DNA from: Candidatus Latescibacterota bacterium | GTDB lineage: Bacteria > Latescibacterota > UBA2968 > GCA-2709665 | Length of the DNA stretch: 64,000 nucleotides | Direction: 5' to 3' | Assembly (NCBI GenBank): GCA_965116875.1 | Contig: OZ220733.1 | Span: 3,424,001 to 3,488,000, forward strand | Shown here: in pieces, positions 48,213 through 57,812 of the stretch | Position numbering within the stretch: the stretch's first letter is position 1 | Layout: the number at the start of each line of letters is the position of its first letter | The notes under the pieces: generated by a model | Databases searched by the model: none | The model's input: the letters and a program-made list of their open reading frames with translations, nothing else | Told to the model about the DNA's origin: nothing | Position numbers and translations under genes: made by a program

Positions 48213-50144
48213 ATGCTCGAATCGTGGTTCTTTCGCATCCTGGCGGCCCTGCTGGGGTTCTTTGTCCTGGCGGAGGTCAACTATCCGGGACTGACGCCTC
48301 AAGCCCAACTGGCATTCTTCGCCATGTTGGGCTTGAGTCTTGTATTCCTGAAGCACCCGTTATGTGCCGGGACCGCCCGGACGCCGCTTCCCCGGATTCT
48401 GGACTATCTGCTCGTCGCGGGTGTTTTCCTCTGTTTCGGTTACGTGCTGGTCCAGACTGAACCGGCGTTCAGAAACTGGTGGCCGGACGGCCGGAGCCTT
48501 GGCAATCGTGCCGGGCTCGAACAACCGCTGGACTGGACAGTGGGTCTTGCCGGCCTGATCCTGGTCCTGGAAGCGACCCGCCGGGCGATCGGCCCGATCC
48601 TTCCCGTGCTCGCCCTCGTCTTCCTGGCATACGCCGCCTTCGGTCACGTCATGCCGGACTGGCTCTTCCCGCACCGGGGCTACGGCTGGGAACGGATCGT
48701 CTCCCAGACTTTTCTGCATTCGCAGGGCGTATTCGGCATTGCGCTGAAGGTGATGTTCACCTACGTGTTTCTCTTTGTGCTGTTCGGCACGGCGCTGGAG
48801 GGGACGGGAGCGACGGGCTACGTGCTGGATGCCGCGCGCCGGTTTTTCGGAAAGCGCACCGGCGGCTCCGCGAAGGTTGCCGTCGTCGCTTCGGGGATCA
48901 TGGGATCGCTTTCCGGAAGTGCGGTCGCCAACACGGCCACAACGGGTACGTTCACGATCCCGATGATGCGTTCGGCAGGATTCCGGCCCGTGACGGCCGG
49001 GGGAGTCGAGGCGGCGGCCAGCTCGGGTGGGGCGCTTGTGCCGCCGATCATGGGAGCCGGCGCCTATATGATGCTGGAGATGGTGGAGCCGGCGGTCACC
49101 TATCTCGAGATCGTAAAAGCGGCCCTCATCCCCGCGGCATTCTACTATACCGCGCTTCTCCTGATCGTCCACTTCCACGCCCGGCGCATCCGGGTTGTCT
49201 CGGGGGATGAAGCGCCCTCGAGTCGTCCGCCGGGCGCCCAGGGCCTTGTCTTTCTGGTGGCCCTCGCGAGCCTCGTCCTGTTGATTGTTGCGGGTTATAC
49301 GCCGTTCCGGGCGGTCAGCATCGCGCTGGCGTGCATGCTCCTGGCGGCCGCGTGGACGCCGTCGACGCGAATGGGGCCGCGCGCGATGCTGCGCGCGGTG
49401 GAGAGCGCGGCTCACGGCGGCGTGTCTCTCATCGCGGCTGCCGCCTGCGTCGGAATCATCATCGGGGTTGTCACGCTGACGGGGATCGGCGCCAAACTGC
49501 CCGGCGCCATTCTGCCGCTGGCGCAGAACAACCTGGTCCTCGCCCTGATTCTGCTGATGGTCTCCACCATCATACTTGGAATGGGCCTGCCTTCGGCCGT
49601 ATGCTATCTCCTCATGGCCACGCTTGTCGGACCCGTCCTGGGCGGGTTGGGCGTTGCGCCCCTGGCGGCGCACATGTTCATCTTCTACTTCGGGATGATG
49701 TCCATGGTGACGCCTCCCGTGGCGCTGGCGGCATACACCGCCGCGGCGATCGCCAGGGCGGACATCATGCGCACCGGCGTCGCCGCGTTTCGATTCGCGC
49801 TGGTCGGCTTCGCCCTTCCCTATGCCTTCGTGCTGCATCCCGAACTGCTTCTCGTCTCCTCCGACGCTGCGTCGACCCTCGTCAACGTGCTTGTTGCCTT
49901 CGCCGGGATTCTACCACTCGCGGTGGCCATATCGGGATTCGGTTTCGGGCCCGTCAATGCGTGGCAACGCGTCATTCTGCTTGTGGCGGCGCTTGTGCTG
50001 TTTCTGACGCCTTCCGGCGCGTATCGGGTCTGGCTGCAGGCATCCGCCCTGCTGGTTTCAGGAATCATCGCATTCGCAAACCGTCAGGCGGCCCGCGGCC
50101 TGTCCTCGTCATCGGACGATCGCGCTGATTCGCCGCACCGGTGA
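48213..50144 (+). CDS. TRAP transporter fused 4TM/12TM permease
   Basis: SGSAVANTATTG, EAAASSGG..PPIMGA, LGMGLP and TPPVALAAY motifs. Confidence 0.92.
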   Translation: MLESWFFRILAALLGFFVLAEVNYPGLTPQAQLAFFAMLGLSLVFLKHPLCAGTARTPLPRILDYLLVAGVFLCFGYVLVQTEPAFRNWWPDGRSLGNRAGLEQPLDWTVGLAGLILVLEATRRAIGPILPVLALVFLAYAAFGHVMPDWLFPHRGYGWERIVSQTFLHSQGVFGIALKVMFTYVFLFVLFGTALEGTGATGYVLDAARRFFGKRTGGSAKVAVVASGIMGSLSGSAVANTATTGTFTIPMMRSAGFRPVTAGGVEAAASSGGALVPPIMGAGAYMMLEMVEPAVTYLEIVKAALIPAAFYYTALLLIVHFHARRIRVVSGDEAPSSRPPGAQGLVFLVALASLVLLIVAGYTPFRAVSIALACMLLAAAWTPSTRMGPRAMLRAVESAAHGGVSLIAAAACVGIIIGVVTLTGIGAKLPGAILPLAQNNLVLALILLMVSTIILGMGLPSAVCYLLMATLVGPVLGGLGVAPLAAHMFIFYFGMMSMVTPPVALAAYTAAAIARADIMRTGVAAFRFALVGFALPYAFVLHPELLLVSSDAASTLVNVLVAFAGILPLAVAISGFGFGPVNAWQRVILLVAALVLFLTPSGAYRVWLQASALLVSGIIAFANRQAARGLSSSSDDRADSPHR

Positions 50145-50630
50145 GTGGTATCCCGCACCCGTCATCGCACGAAGGACGTCATCGGCTTCCTGAACCGAAA
50201 GCACGCCATCCAGCACGCAGGCCTTGAGGATTCCGATCGTCCCGGTAACCGCAACCCCGCTGTCGAAGCAACAGTTCCGCGCCGTCCGATCGTCCGTTGC
50301 GACCACGCCAACGCGGGTCTGCGCCAGGGTAACGCAGGACGCCTCTCCCGGCGAGAGGATCCGCAGCCATTCACGATAAATATCGCGTTCTTCGGCAGAA
50401 AAGCTTCCGGCGCCGGTAAATTCCCCTCCGGCGACAGCGTTTTCGACCTCGTGCAACTCTGAATATCCCGCCACGATTCCGTCCGCAATCTCGTCCAGAA
50501 CCTGCGGCGTGATCACTGCGCGCGGGCCGTAACGGTCGATGAGCAGGTCAAGCCGGCCCGAAAGGGCGAAATTGCTCAGGGTTACGGTGTCCATATAGTA
50601 GTCGCAGCCTGTCTCAGGCACGGGCTGCAT
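50109..50630 (-). CDS. PIN-domain (DUF3368-like) putative toxin
   Basis: MDTVTLSNF, GEASC, TDDRTAR and GTIGIL motifs; overlaps the upstream antitoxin. Confidence 0.8.
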   Translation of the reverse strand: MQPVPETGCDYYMDTVTLSNFALSGRLDLLIDRYGPRAVITPQVLDEIADGIVAGYSELHEVENAVAGGEFTGAGSFSAEERDIYREWLRILSPGEASCVTLAQTRVGVVATDDRTARNCCFDSGVAVTGTIGILKACVLDGVLSVQEADDVLRAMTGAGYHSPVRRISAIVR

Positions 50631-50928
50631 CCTCGTCCCCGTAGACGTTGCGCTGGGGGATACCGTGTTCCTCGAGCCACGATCTCAACTGCAATACGTG
50701 CATTCCCATTTCTCTGGCGAGCTTTCCAAGGCTGATGAACCCGCCCTGGTACGCGGCCAGCGCCCGGCTCTGCCGGAGCGGCAACTCGGCGAACGCGGTC
50801 TGGTAGCAGGCCGAAATCGCGTCTCGAACAAGCTGACCCCTGCTTTTTCGACGGATTTCGGAGAGTCTTTTCAACCTCAGGTCCGTTTCGTTGTCGATCT
50901 TGACGTGCAGCGTCTTGTCATTGGCCAT
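50614..50928 (-). CDS. RHH/UPF0175-type putative antitoxin
   Basis: TLHVKID...LVRDAI ribbon-helix-helix plus YQGGFISLGKLAREMG; GGAGG SD. Confidence 0.8.
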   Translation of the reverse strand: MANDKTLHVKIDNETDLRLKRLSEIRRKSRGQLVRDAISACYQTAFAELPLRQSRALAAYQGGFISLGKLAREMGMHVLQLRSWLEEHGIPQRNVYGDEDAARA

Positions 50929-50955
50929 TCGCGCCTCCACGGGCATATGAAAATT

Positions 50956-51002
50956 TGTATGAATATACAACATATTATACATAAATACCAGATTAAGTAC
51001 AA
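50956..51002 (-). promoter_or_regulatory. sigma70 promoter of the TA operon with an overlapping inverted repeat
   Basis: Minus strand TTGTAC (51002-50997)-17 bp-TATAAT (50979-50974); TGTAT.AATAT/ATATT.ATACA palindrome at 50956-50981. Confidence 0.75.
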
Positions 51003-51018
51003 TATGGCGCGAGACCTA

Positions 51019-51503
51019 CCCCCTGGCTCCCTTCCTGAAGGAAGGGAGAAAAGGAAGAAGGAAGAAGGAAAAAGGAAGAAGTAGCGGTAACTTTGACGTC
51101 TGTCACTTCTGCAATCGGACTCTCGCAAGAATCGAATGGAAGCGGATTGCTGAGGAGAGCGGAAAACCGGCGGCGTTTCCTTGTAAATCAGAGTGTCTAT
51201 CAATAACCGGCACGCGAAACCTGTTTTCCTCCCTCTTTCCTTTAGGAGAGAGGGCCGGGGAGAGAGGTCTGCGGGGCTGGGTGGAGGGGTCGCTTTTGAC
51301 TTTGCCTTTCGCTTTTGGCTGACGGCTGAGAGCTGATTGCTTTGTGAGGGGCCGGGGAGAGAGGTCGCCAAAATGCGGTGAGACGGTAGAGGGTAGACGG
51401 GAGAAGAAATCCTTGCCCTGAATTTTACCCTTTCTCGCCTCCGGCACGAGGAGGAACCTCACAAGGCAGGTAATCTCTCCCGTCTTCCGTCTCCCCTCTC
51501 ACC
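51019..51503. repeat. Patchwork of REP-like hairpins and heptamer tracts
   Basis: TCCCTTCC-tgaa-GGAAGGGA; (GAAGAAG)n; CCCTCT..GAGAGGG-CCGGGGAGAGAGGTC twice; GGCTGAC/GGCTGAG; GGTAGAG/GGGAGA units. Confidence 0.6.
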
Positions 51504-51538
51504 CTGTGTTCGCGGGGCCGGATGGATGTGCGGCCTGT

Positions 51539-53104
51539 CTACGGAGATACGCCTCTCTTGTCAGTTGGCCCGAGCAGGGCCTGGAGGCGGTTGCGCGTGA
51601 GGGAAATGAAGTTGCAGAGAAAGGGGCGGGTCTCGCGCGGATCGATGATTTCCTCGACCGCAAAGGCTTCCGCGGAGCGAAACGGGGACGCGAACTGTCG
51701 AAGTTCCTCTTCGAGTTCCTTCTCGCGGGCGGCCGGGTCCTCGGAGTTGGCGATATCCCGCCGGTAGGCGGCGGCAACCCCGCCCTCTATGGGCAGCGAG
51801 CCCCACTCACCGGAAGGCCAGGCGATCTTGAAGTCCAGTTCGTCCATGTCGCCGGCGGCCATTCCGGCCATGCCGTAGCATTTCCGGATCACCAGGGTGA
51901 GGATGGGTACCTGGACGCGGTGAATCGCGAACACCGCCTTCATCCCTTCCCGAAGGGTGGCCTCCTGCTCGGCGGCGGTGCCGATCATGAATCCGGGGAT
52001 GTCCACGAAGAAGACCAGCGGAATGTGGAAGCAGTCGCACAGTTCGATGAAGTGGGTCTGCTTTTTCGCTTCGGCGGCGCCCATCGCCCCGCCCGATACC
52101 ATCGGGTTGTTGGCGACGATCCCCACCGGATGGCCGTTGAGCCGCGCGAGGCAGGTGACGAGCGCGCGTCCGAACGACGGCTGAATTTCAAAGATGGAGC
52201 CCTTGTCCACCACCAGTTCGATCAGCCGGTGCATCGAATAGGGGGACGTGCGCTCACGAGGGACGATGGACAGCAGTTCCTCCTCACGCCGGTCCGCCGG
52301 GTCGTCGCTGGACTCGGCAGGGGGCAGCTCCCAGACGTTCTGGGGCATGTAGGAGAGAAAACGTCGTATCATGTAAAAGCACTCGCGTTCGGTTTCCACC
52401 GCGTTGTCGACGGTACCGGCCATGTCGACTGCGATCCCCGACCCGCCAAGGTCGTCCTTTGAGACCTCCACGCCGAGCGCCCGCTTCACGAGAGGCGGCC
52501 CGCCCGAGAAGATCTGGCTTGTGCGCCGTACCATCACGGACCAGTGCGAGAGGATGGCCCGTCCGGCTGGTCCGCCGGCCGCGCTGCCGAGTACGGCGGA
52601 CACGACGGGGACTTCGCCCAGGAGTTGGACGGAGCGGCCGAAACTGCTGACGCCGGGGAAGACGGTATACCCCCGTTTTACGGCGCCGCGGACCGAACCG
52701 CCGGCTCCGTCTGCGAGGTTGATGAGCGGGATGAGATACTTGGACGCGAGGTCTTCGATGAAACCGCCCTGTCCGCCCTTTCGCCGGTGCGTTCCGGGGC
52801 TGCTGCCGCCCCGGACCGTGAAATCTTCTCCGCCGATGGCCACGGGTCTTCCGTTTATGCGGGCAACCCCCATGACGTAGGGGGCCGGCTGTACGTTGAC
52901 GACGTTACCGGCCTCGTCGTATTCGCCCGTACCGCTGAGGCTCCCAACCTCCGTGAACGAGCCGCCGTCCACCAGGGCATCGATGCGTTCGCGAACGGTG
53001 AGCTTTCCCTGTCCGTGGTGGCGTTCGACGTTCTCGGCCCCGCCCATCTTTCTGGACCATGACCTGCGTGCGTCGAGTTCCTCGCTCTCTTTCTGCCAGC
53101 TCAT
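51539..53104 (-). CDS. Acyl-CoA carboxylase beta-subunit (carboxyltransferase) family
   Basis: GKLTVRERI, DFTVRGGS, ARLNG..VGIVAN, DIPGFMIG..AE and IIDPRETR motifs; GGAGG SD. Confidence 0.92.
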   Translation of the reverse strand: MSWQKESEELDARRSWSRKMGGAENVERHHGQGKLTVRERIDALVDGGSFTEVGSLSGTGEYDEAGNVVNVQPAPYVMGVARINGRPVAIGGEDFTVRGGSSPGTHRRKGGQGGFIEDLASKYLIPLINLADGAGGSVRGAVKRGYTVFPGVSSFGRSVQLLGEVPVVSAVLGSAAGGPAGRAILSHWSVMVRRTSQIFSGGPPLVKRALGVEVSKDDLGGSGIAVDMAGTVDNAVETERECFYMIRRFLSYMPQNVWELPPAESSDDPADRREEELLSIVPRERTSPYSMHRLIELVVDKGSIFEIQPSFGRALVTCLARLNGHPVGIVANNPMVSGGAMGAAEAKKQTHFIELCDCFHIPLVFFVDIPGFMIGTAAEQEATLREGMKAVFAIHRVQVPILTLVIRKCYGMAGMAAGDMDELDFKIAWPSGEWGSLPIEGGVAAAYRRDIANSEDPAAREKELEEELRQFASPFRSAEAFAVEEIIDPRETRPFLCNFISLTRNRLQALLGPTDKRGVSP

Positions 53105-53220
53105 CCGCACCTCCTGTACGACGGTTCGTGCGCCAACCGTTGCCTCCGTTTCCGGGTGATCCGGCGCTCCTGCAGCCGCGCAATTGCCGCCGGTGAATCC
53201 GGAACGGCATTCTCAGATTG

Positions 53221-54432
53221 TCAGCCCTGGTAGACGGTCTCCTGGCCGACCAGTGCGTCAATTTCGTGTGCGTCAAGTCCTGCCACCCGTTCGAGTACGT
53301 CCCGGGTGTCCACACCCACGTCCCGCCCGGCCCAGCGCACGGCGCCCGGCGTTTCCGAGAGTACGGGAACGACGCCCGGCAGCGTGACCGATCCCAGGAC
53401 GTCATCCGGCGTTTTCAACAGCATATCACGCGCTTCGTAGTGTTTATCGGCGAAGATATCCCGCAGCGTAAATATCCGGGCGGCGGGAACGGCGCTCGCG
53501 TCCAGCTTGTTCTCCAGTTCCAATAGCGGATGCCCGGACGTCCAGTCGGCGACGATTTCGTCGATGTCATCCTCGTGACGTGAACGCGCCGTGGGCGTCC
53601 GGAAGCGTTCGTCTTCGGCCAGGTGCGGGGCGCCCATACAGGCCGCAAGACGTTCGAATGTCGCGTTGTTGCCGGCCGTGATGTGGATGAAGTCGCCGTC
53701 CGCCGTGGGATAGAGATTGTTGGGCGTGCTGTTCGGCAGCCGGGACCCGGTGCGCGTGGGCACCGAACCGAGTTCGGCGAATGCCGGAACATGGGGTTCC
53801 ATGAAGCTGAACGCCCCCTCGTACAGCGCCGCGTCGACAACCTGGCCCCTGCCGGTCCGGGTCCGGGAGAAGAGCGCCATGACGGCGCCGAAAGCGGCGT
53901 ACAGCCCGGTGATGCAGTCCGTGAGGGAGATGCTCACACGGCTTGGCGGGCGGTCCGGTTCACCGGTAATCTCCCTCAGGCCGCCCACGGCCTCGCTGGT
54001 AACGCCGTATCCGGGTCGATGCCGGTAGGGTCCCGTCTGTCCGTATCCGCTGATGCGCACGAGGATGATGCCCGGGTTGGCGTCGGAAAGGGCGTCGAAA
54101 CCCAGGTTCCATTCTTCCAGCTTTCCCGGACGGAAGTTCTCGACAACCACGTCGGAGGCGTTCGCCAGCCGCCGGATGACATCCTGCCCGTCGGGTGTTC
54201 TCAGGTCCACCGAGATGAGTTGCTTGTTGCGCAGAATGCTGGCCGCGTAGAGCGAGCGTCCCCGGCTGCGTTTGCCCATCTGGCGTACGGGGTCACCCGT
54301 CGGCGGCTCCACTTTGATGACTTCCGCGCCGAAATCCGCGAGGAGGCGACCGCAGAACGGGCCGGAAACGGTGCTTCCCATTTCCAGTACGCGACATCCG
54401 GAGAGAGGTCCGGCGCTGTGGGACGGTGTCAT
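53221..54432 (-). CDS. CaiB/BaiF family III CoA-transferase
   Basis: GPLSGCRVLE, LADFGAEVIKVEPP, RNK, ENFRPG and SGYGQTGPY motifs. Confidence 0.92.
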   Translation of the reverse strand: MTPSHSAGPLSGCRVLEMGSTVSGPFCGRLLADFGAEVIKVEPPTGDPVRQMGKRSRGRSLYAASILRNKQLISVDLRTPDGQDVIRRLANASDVVVENFRPGKLEEWNLGFDALSDANPGIILVRISGYGQTGPYRHRPGYGVTSEAVGGLREITGEPDRPPSRVSISLTDCITGLYAAFGAVMALFSRTRTGRGQVVDAALYEGAFSFMEPHVPAFAELGSVPTRTGSRLPNSTPNNLYPTADGDFIHITAGNNATFERLAACMGAPHLAEDERFRTPTARSRHEDDIDEIVADWTSGHPLLELENKLDASAVPAARIFTLRDIFADKHYEARDMLLKTPDDVLGSVTLPGVVPVLSETPGAVRWAGRDVGVDTRDVLERVAGLDAHEIDALVGQETVYQG

Positions 54433-54433
54433 T

Positions 54434-55534
54434 TCAGGAGACGGACGGGGATGGGATGACAACACAGACGGCGCCGGGTACTTCCACGGGACTGCCAACG
54501 GGCTCGAGGGCGCCGGTGTCCGGATCGATCCGAAAACAGGAGACCAGGTTGCCGCGCTGGTTGGCGGCGAGGAGAAATTCTCCCGCGGGGTCGAATTCCA
54601 GGTTCCAGGGCCACGCTCCGCGCGACGGCTCGTGGGAAAGCAGCGTGAGTTCACCCGTTTCTTCGCCGATTGACATGATGACGATGCTGTCGTGTCCCCG
54701 GTTGGAACCGTACAGAAAACGGCCGGATGGATGGACCCGGATGTCGGCGCAGAAATTTTCCCCGCTGTAGCCGCCCGGCAGGGCGGAGAGCGTCTGGCGT
54801 TCAGAGAGGGATCCGGATTCGGCATCGTAGTCGAATACGGCGATGGTGCTGTCGAGTTCGTTGATCACGTAGGCGCGGGTGCCGTCGGGATGGAAGGAGA
54901 CGTGTCTGGGTCCGGCGCCGGCGCGGGTGGAAACGAACCCCTGCCCGGTCGGCTCGATGGTCGCCGAGGATGCATCCAGTTCATAGCACATGACTTTGTC
55001 GATACCCAGGTCCGCGGAAAACGCGAAACGATGGTCCGGCGAGAGGACGATGGAGTGAACGTGCGGCGCCTCCTGACGACCTGAGTCGACGCTGGACCCT
55101 TCGTGCCGGACGACCTGGGCAACCGGTTCGACCCGACCTTCGTCATCGATCGGCAATGTGCTGACGCTACCCGATCCGTAGTTTCCCGAGAGCAGGCAAC
55201 GGCCGGTCCGGTCCACGCTGAGATAGCAGGGAAGGTCTCCGCCTGCGTGCTGTTCATCGAGCAACGCAAGGCTGCCGGACTCCGGATCGATGGAGAACGA
55301 CTTGATACAGCCACCCGGCCTGCCGTCGAATTCGTCCACGGCGCATGCCGCGTACAGGAAACGTGCGCGGGCGTCGGCGGCCAAAAAGAAGGGGTTGTGC
55401 ACGTCCGGCACCTTCGACGTGGCTTCGAGATCGCCGGACGACGTATCCAGTTTGAGTATGTGCAGACCCTCGGTCCGATCGTCTGTATACGTGCCGACGT
55501 AGACCGTAACGTGACCGCCGGACTGATCTGACAT
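54434..55534 (-). CDS. pgl: 6-phosphogluconolactonase (Pgl/YbhE) family lactonase
   Basis: YVGTYT, NYGSG, RQEAPHVH, DLGID, GAGPRH and YGSNRGHDSI motifs. Confidence 0.85.
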   Translation of the reverse strand: MSDQSGGHVTVYVGTYTDDRTEGLHILKLDTSSGDLEATSKVPDVHNPFFLAADARARFLYAACAVDEFDGRPGGCIKSFSIDPESGSLALLDEQHAGGDLPCYLSVDRTGRCLLSGNYGSGSVSTLPIDDEGRVEPVAQVVRHEGSSVDSGRQEAPHVHSIVLSPDHRFAFSADLGIDKVMCYELDASSATIEPTGQGFVSTRAGAGPRHVSFHPDGTRAYVINELDSTIAVFDYDAESGSLSERQTLSALPGGYSGENFCADIRVHPSGRFLYGSNRGHDSIVIMSIGEETGELTLLSHEPSRGAWPWNLEFDPAGEFLLAANQRGNLVSCFRIDPDTGALEPVGSPVEVPGAVCVVIPSPSVS

Positions 55535-56017
55535 GTGCCTGGCTCCTGTCCTGAGAAGCTGTTTTAAAATTACCGGTGCGTTCCCGAGCGCGAGCGAAAA
55601 AGTGGCGGTCAAGGCGGGAGAATCCGCCCATATTTGTCTATACGGGCGGGTTTGACCAACGCCGACCGGCGCTTTTGCAGCCGTGCGAAGACCGCTGGGA
55701 ATTTTAAGACAGCTTCTTAATACGGATGTTGGGGAGAATTCAGACCTGGATCGTCTTCGATACGGATGTTTTGAATCACGGTTTGCTCGCGTTTCTGAAA
55801 TATAGTCGGAAATGGGACGGAATCAAAATTTTTTCACCGTCTCCCGTGCTGCAGATTGAATTCTACCTTCGAACGGCAATCCGTGTTACGCGTGACACGC
55901 GCCGACACCGCACGTCTTGTTTTTCCGCCGCCGGGGAAGTATCATTAGACGACGGCCGTTCCAACCGTAACGCGAAATGGCATTTCGCGCACCTGTACCA
56001 AACCTGCGAGGTTAACC

Positions 56018-56863
56018 ATGGATACCAAACTGGTTCCCACAACCAACGCGGACGGTCTGCCGGTTGTTCCAATGACCGACGCGCAGAAGTACATCTTCGA
56101 TCTGAAAGGCTGGATCTGCCTCCCGGATCTGTTCGACGAGGAGCAACTCGACCGCATCCGGCGGCATCAGATGGATTTTCTCTACCGGCGTGAATCGCTT
56201 CCGCCTGAGGAACGCGACAACCACGGGGGTCCTTCGCAGGTGCTGCTGGATCATCCGGCCGTCGTCGGCGTGCTCAATGAGATCCTCTCGCATCGCCCGC
56301 TGGCGACGGAAGACTGTTACGGTTTCCGATACGACCACACGTACACCAGTCATCGAAAGGCCGGCCACGACAACTTCCGGCCCCACGGCGGCGGCGCCTA
56401 TTTTTCCTTCTGCGGCAATTCGCACATCTATCAGATGCTCCCCGGGAAGGTCCATTCGGGGCTGACCCGCGTGGTATGGGAGCTCAACGAGGTGGGTCCC
56501 GGCGACGGCGGAACGATGTTTCTGACCGGCAGTCACAAGGCGGCCTTTCCGCGGCCCGAGGAAATCAGCAACAGGGAGAGTCCGCTGTGGGAGACCTATA
56601 CCTGTCCCGCGGGGTCGGCGGTGATTTTCACGGAAGCCCTGTGCCACACGGGCACGCGCTGGAACAACGAGACGCGCGACCGGCTCAGCCTCTTTACCTG
56701 TTACAACACGGTCAACGCCAAGTGGGGCAAGGGCTGCCCGGCGCCCGAGGTGATCGGCGCACTGCCGCCAAAACGACAGACGCTCTTCCGCGGGGTCTGG
56801 CACGGGATGAGAGAAGTGCCCGGCATCAACCAGTACGTTGACGAGGCCAACCGGGCGGTGTGA
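56018..56863 (+). CDS. PhyH-family Fe(II)/2-oxoglutarate enzyme with HxG in place of HxD
   Basis: QKYIFDLKGW, DGGTMFLTGSHK, AGSAVIFTEALCHTG..W...R; first ligand motif reads PHGG. Confidence 0.85.
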   Translation: MDTKLVPTTNADGLPVVPMTDAQKYIFDLKGWICLPDLFDEEQLDRIRRHQMDFLYRRESLPPEERDNHGGPSQVLLDHPAVVGVLNEILSHRPLATEDCYGFRYDHTYTSHRKAGHDNFRPHGGGAYFSFCGNSHIYQMLPGKVHSGLTRVVWELNEVGPGDGGTMFLTGSHKAAFPRPEEISNRESPLWETYTCPAGSAVIFTEALCHTGTRWNNETRDRLSLFTCYNTVNAKWGKGCPAPEVIGALPPKRQTLFRGVWHGMREVPGINQYVDEANRAV

Positions 56864-56882
56864 ATAGGAAAGACCAGTTTTC

Positions 56883-56955
56883 GTAGGGGCGACCGGCCGG
56901 TCGCCCTATGTATGCCATTCGCCAACGCACGGGCGACCACAAGGGGCGCCCCTAC
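56883..56955. repeat. Inverted pair of GTAG-type REPs (REPIN-like)
   Basis: GTAGGGGCGACCGGCCGGTCGCCC ... GGGCGACCACAAGGGGCGCCCCTAC. Confidence 0.75.
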
Positions 56956-56971
56956 GATCGGAGGTACCGCA

Positions 56972-57772
56972 ATGAAAGTCGGCATTTACGCCTCGTATTT
57001 CGGCAAGGACGATCCCAAAACGTTCCCGGACGTCGAGTCTTTTATCGATCTCGCGCGTGAACTGCAGCTGGACGTGATCGACTTCCGGGTGGACGTGGGT
57101 TTCGGCTCCCTGGACCGCGACTATCTTCGGGGTCTGAAGATAAGGTGCCTGAAAGCCGGCCTGCCCATCGGCTATCTCGCCTCCGGCGGCCATTTCGTAG
57201 GCACGGACGAGGAGTTGCGACAGAAGGTGGAGCAGGCGAAGGCAGACGTGGAAGTGGCCGCGTACCTCGGAGCGCCGATGATCCGGCTCTTCTGCGGGGC
57301 GCCGGGGGTGGGGGATGCTGAACGCGAGATCCGTTGCTTTCAGGACGTGTGCGATTTTGCGGCCGATGCCGGGATTATCGTGGGCCTTCAGAATCACCCG
57401 AGCACGGGCGATAACGTGCTGCGCATTCTGCGGGAAACCGACCGCGAGAACTTCACCTTCATCCTGGATACCGGCCAGTGGGTGGGGTCGCCGGGGCTGA
57501 ATCGCGGCGTGGGTGATCCGGACGTGGACATCTACCGCTTCATGGAACAGACCGCGCCACATGCGTCCCACGTCCGTGCCAAGATCTACAAGATCGACAG
57601 CGGGCGGGAGGAGTGGCTGGATTACCCGCGCATCGTCGGCATTCTCAAAACGGTCGGCTTCAACGGTGTGGTTTCGATCACGTTCGAGGGGCAGGACGTC
57701 AACGAATGCGACGACCGGGAAACCTTCCGGCTGGCGGCCCGGCACCTGCGTGATACCATCGCCGCGGCATAG
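56972..57772 (+). CDS. Sugar-phosphate isomerase/epimerase (xylose isomerase-like TIM barrel)
   Basis: LGAPMIRLF, LQNH, LDTGQW, HVRAK and GFNGVVSITFEG motifs; GGAGG SD. Confidence 0.8.
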   Translation: MKVGIYASYFGKDDPKTFPDVESFIDLARELQLDVIDFRVDVGFGSLDRDYLRGLKIRCLKAGLPIGYLASGGHFVGTDEELRQKVEQAKADVEVAAYLGAPMIRLFCGAPGVGDAEREIRCFQDVCDFAADAGIIVGLQNHPSTGDNVLRILRETDRENFTFILDTGQWVGSPGLNRGVGDPDVDIYRFMEQTAPHASHVRAKIYKIDSGREEWLDYPRIVGILKTVGFNGVVSITFEGQDVNECDDRETFRLAARHLRDTIAAA

Positions 57773-57812
57773 ACCGGACGCGAAAAGGATCGAAGGAGAT
57801 AGCGACAAGCGA

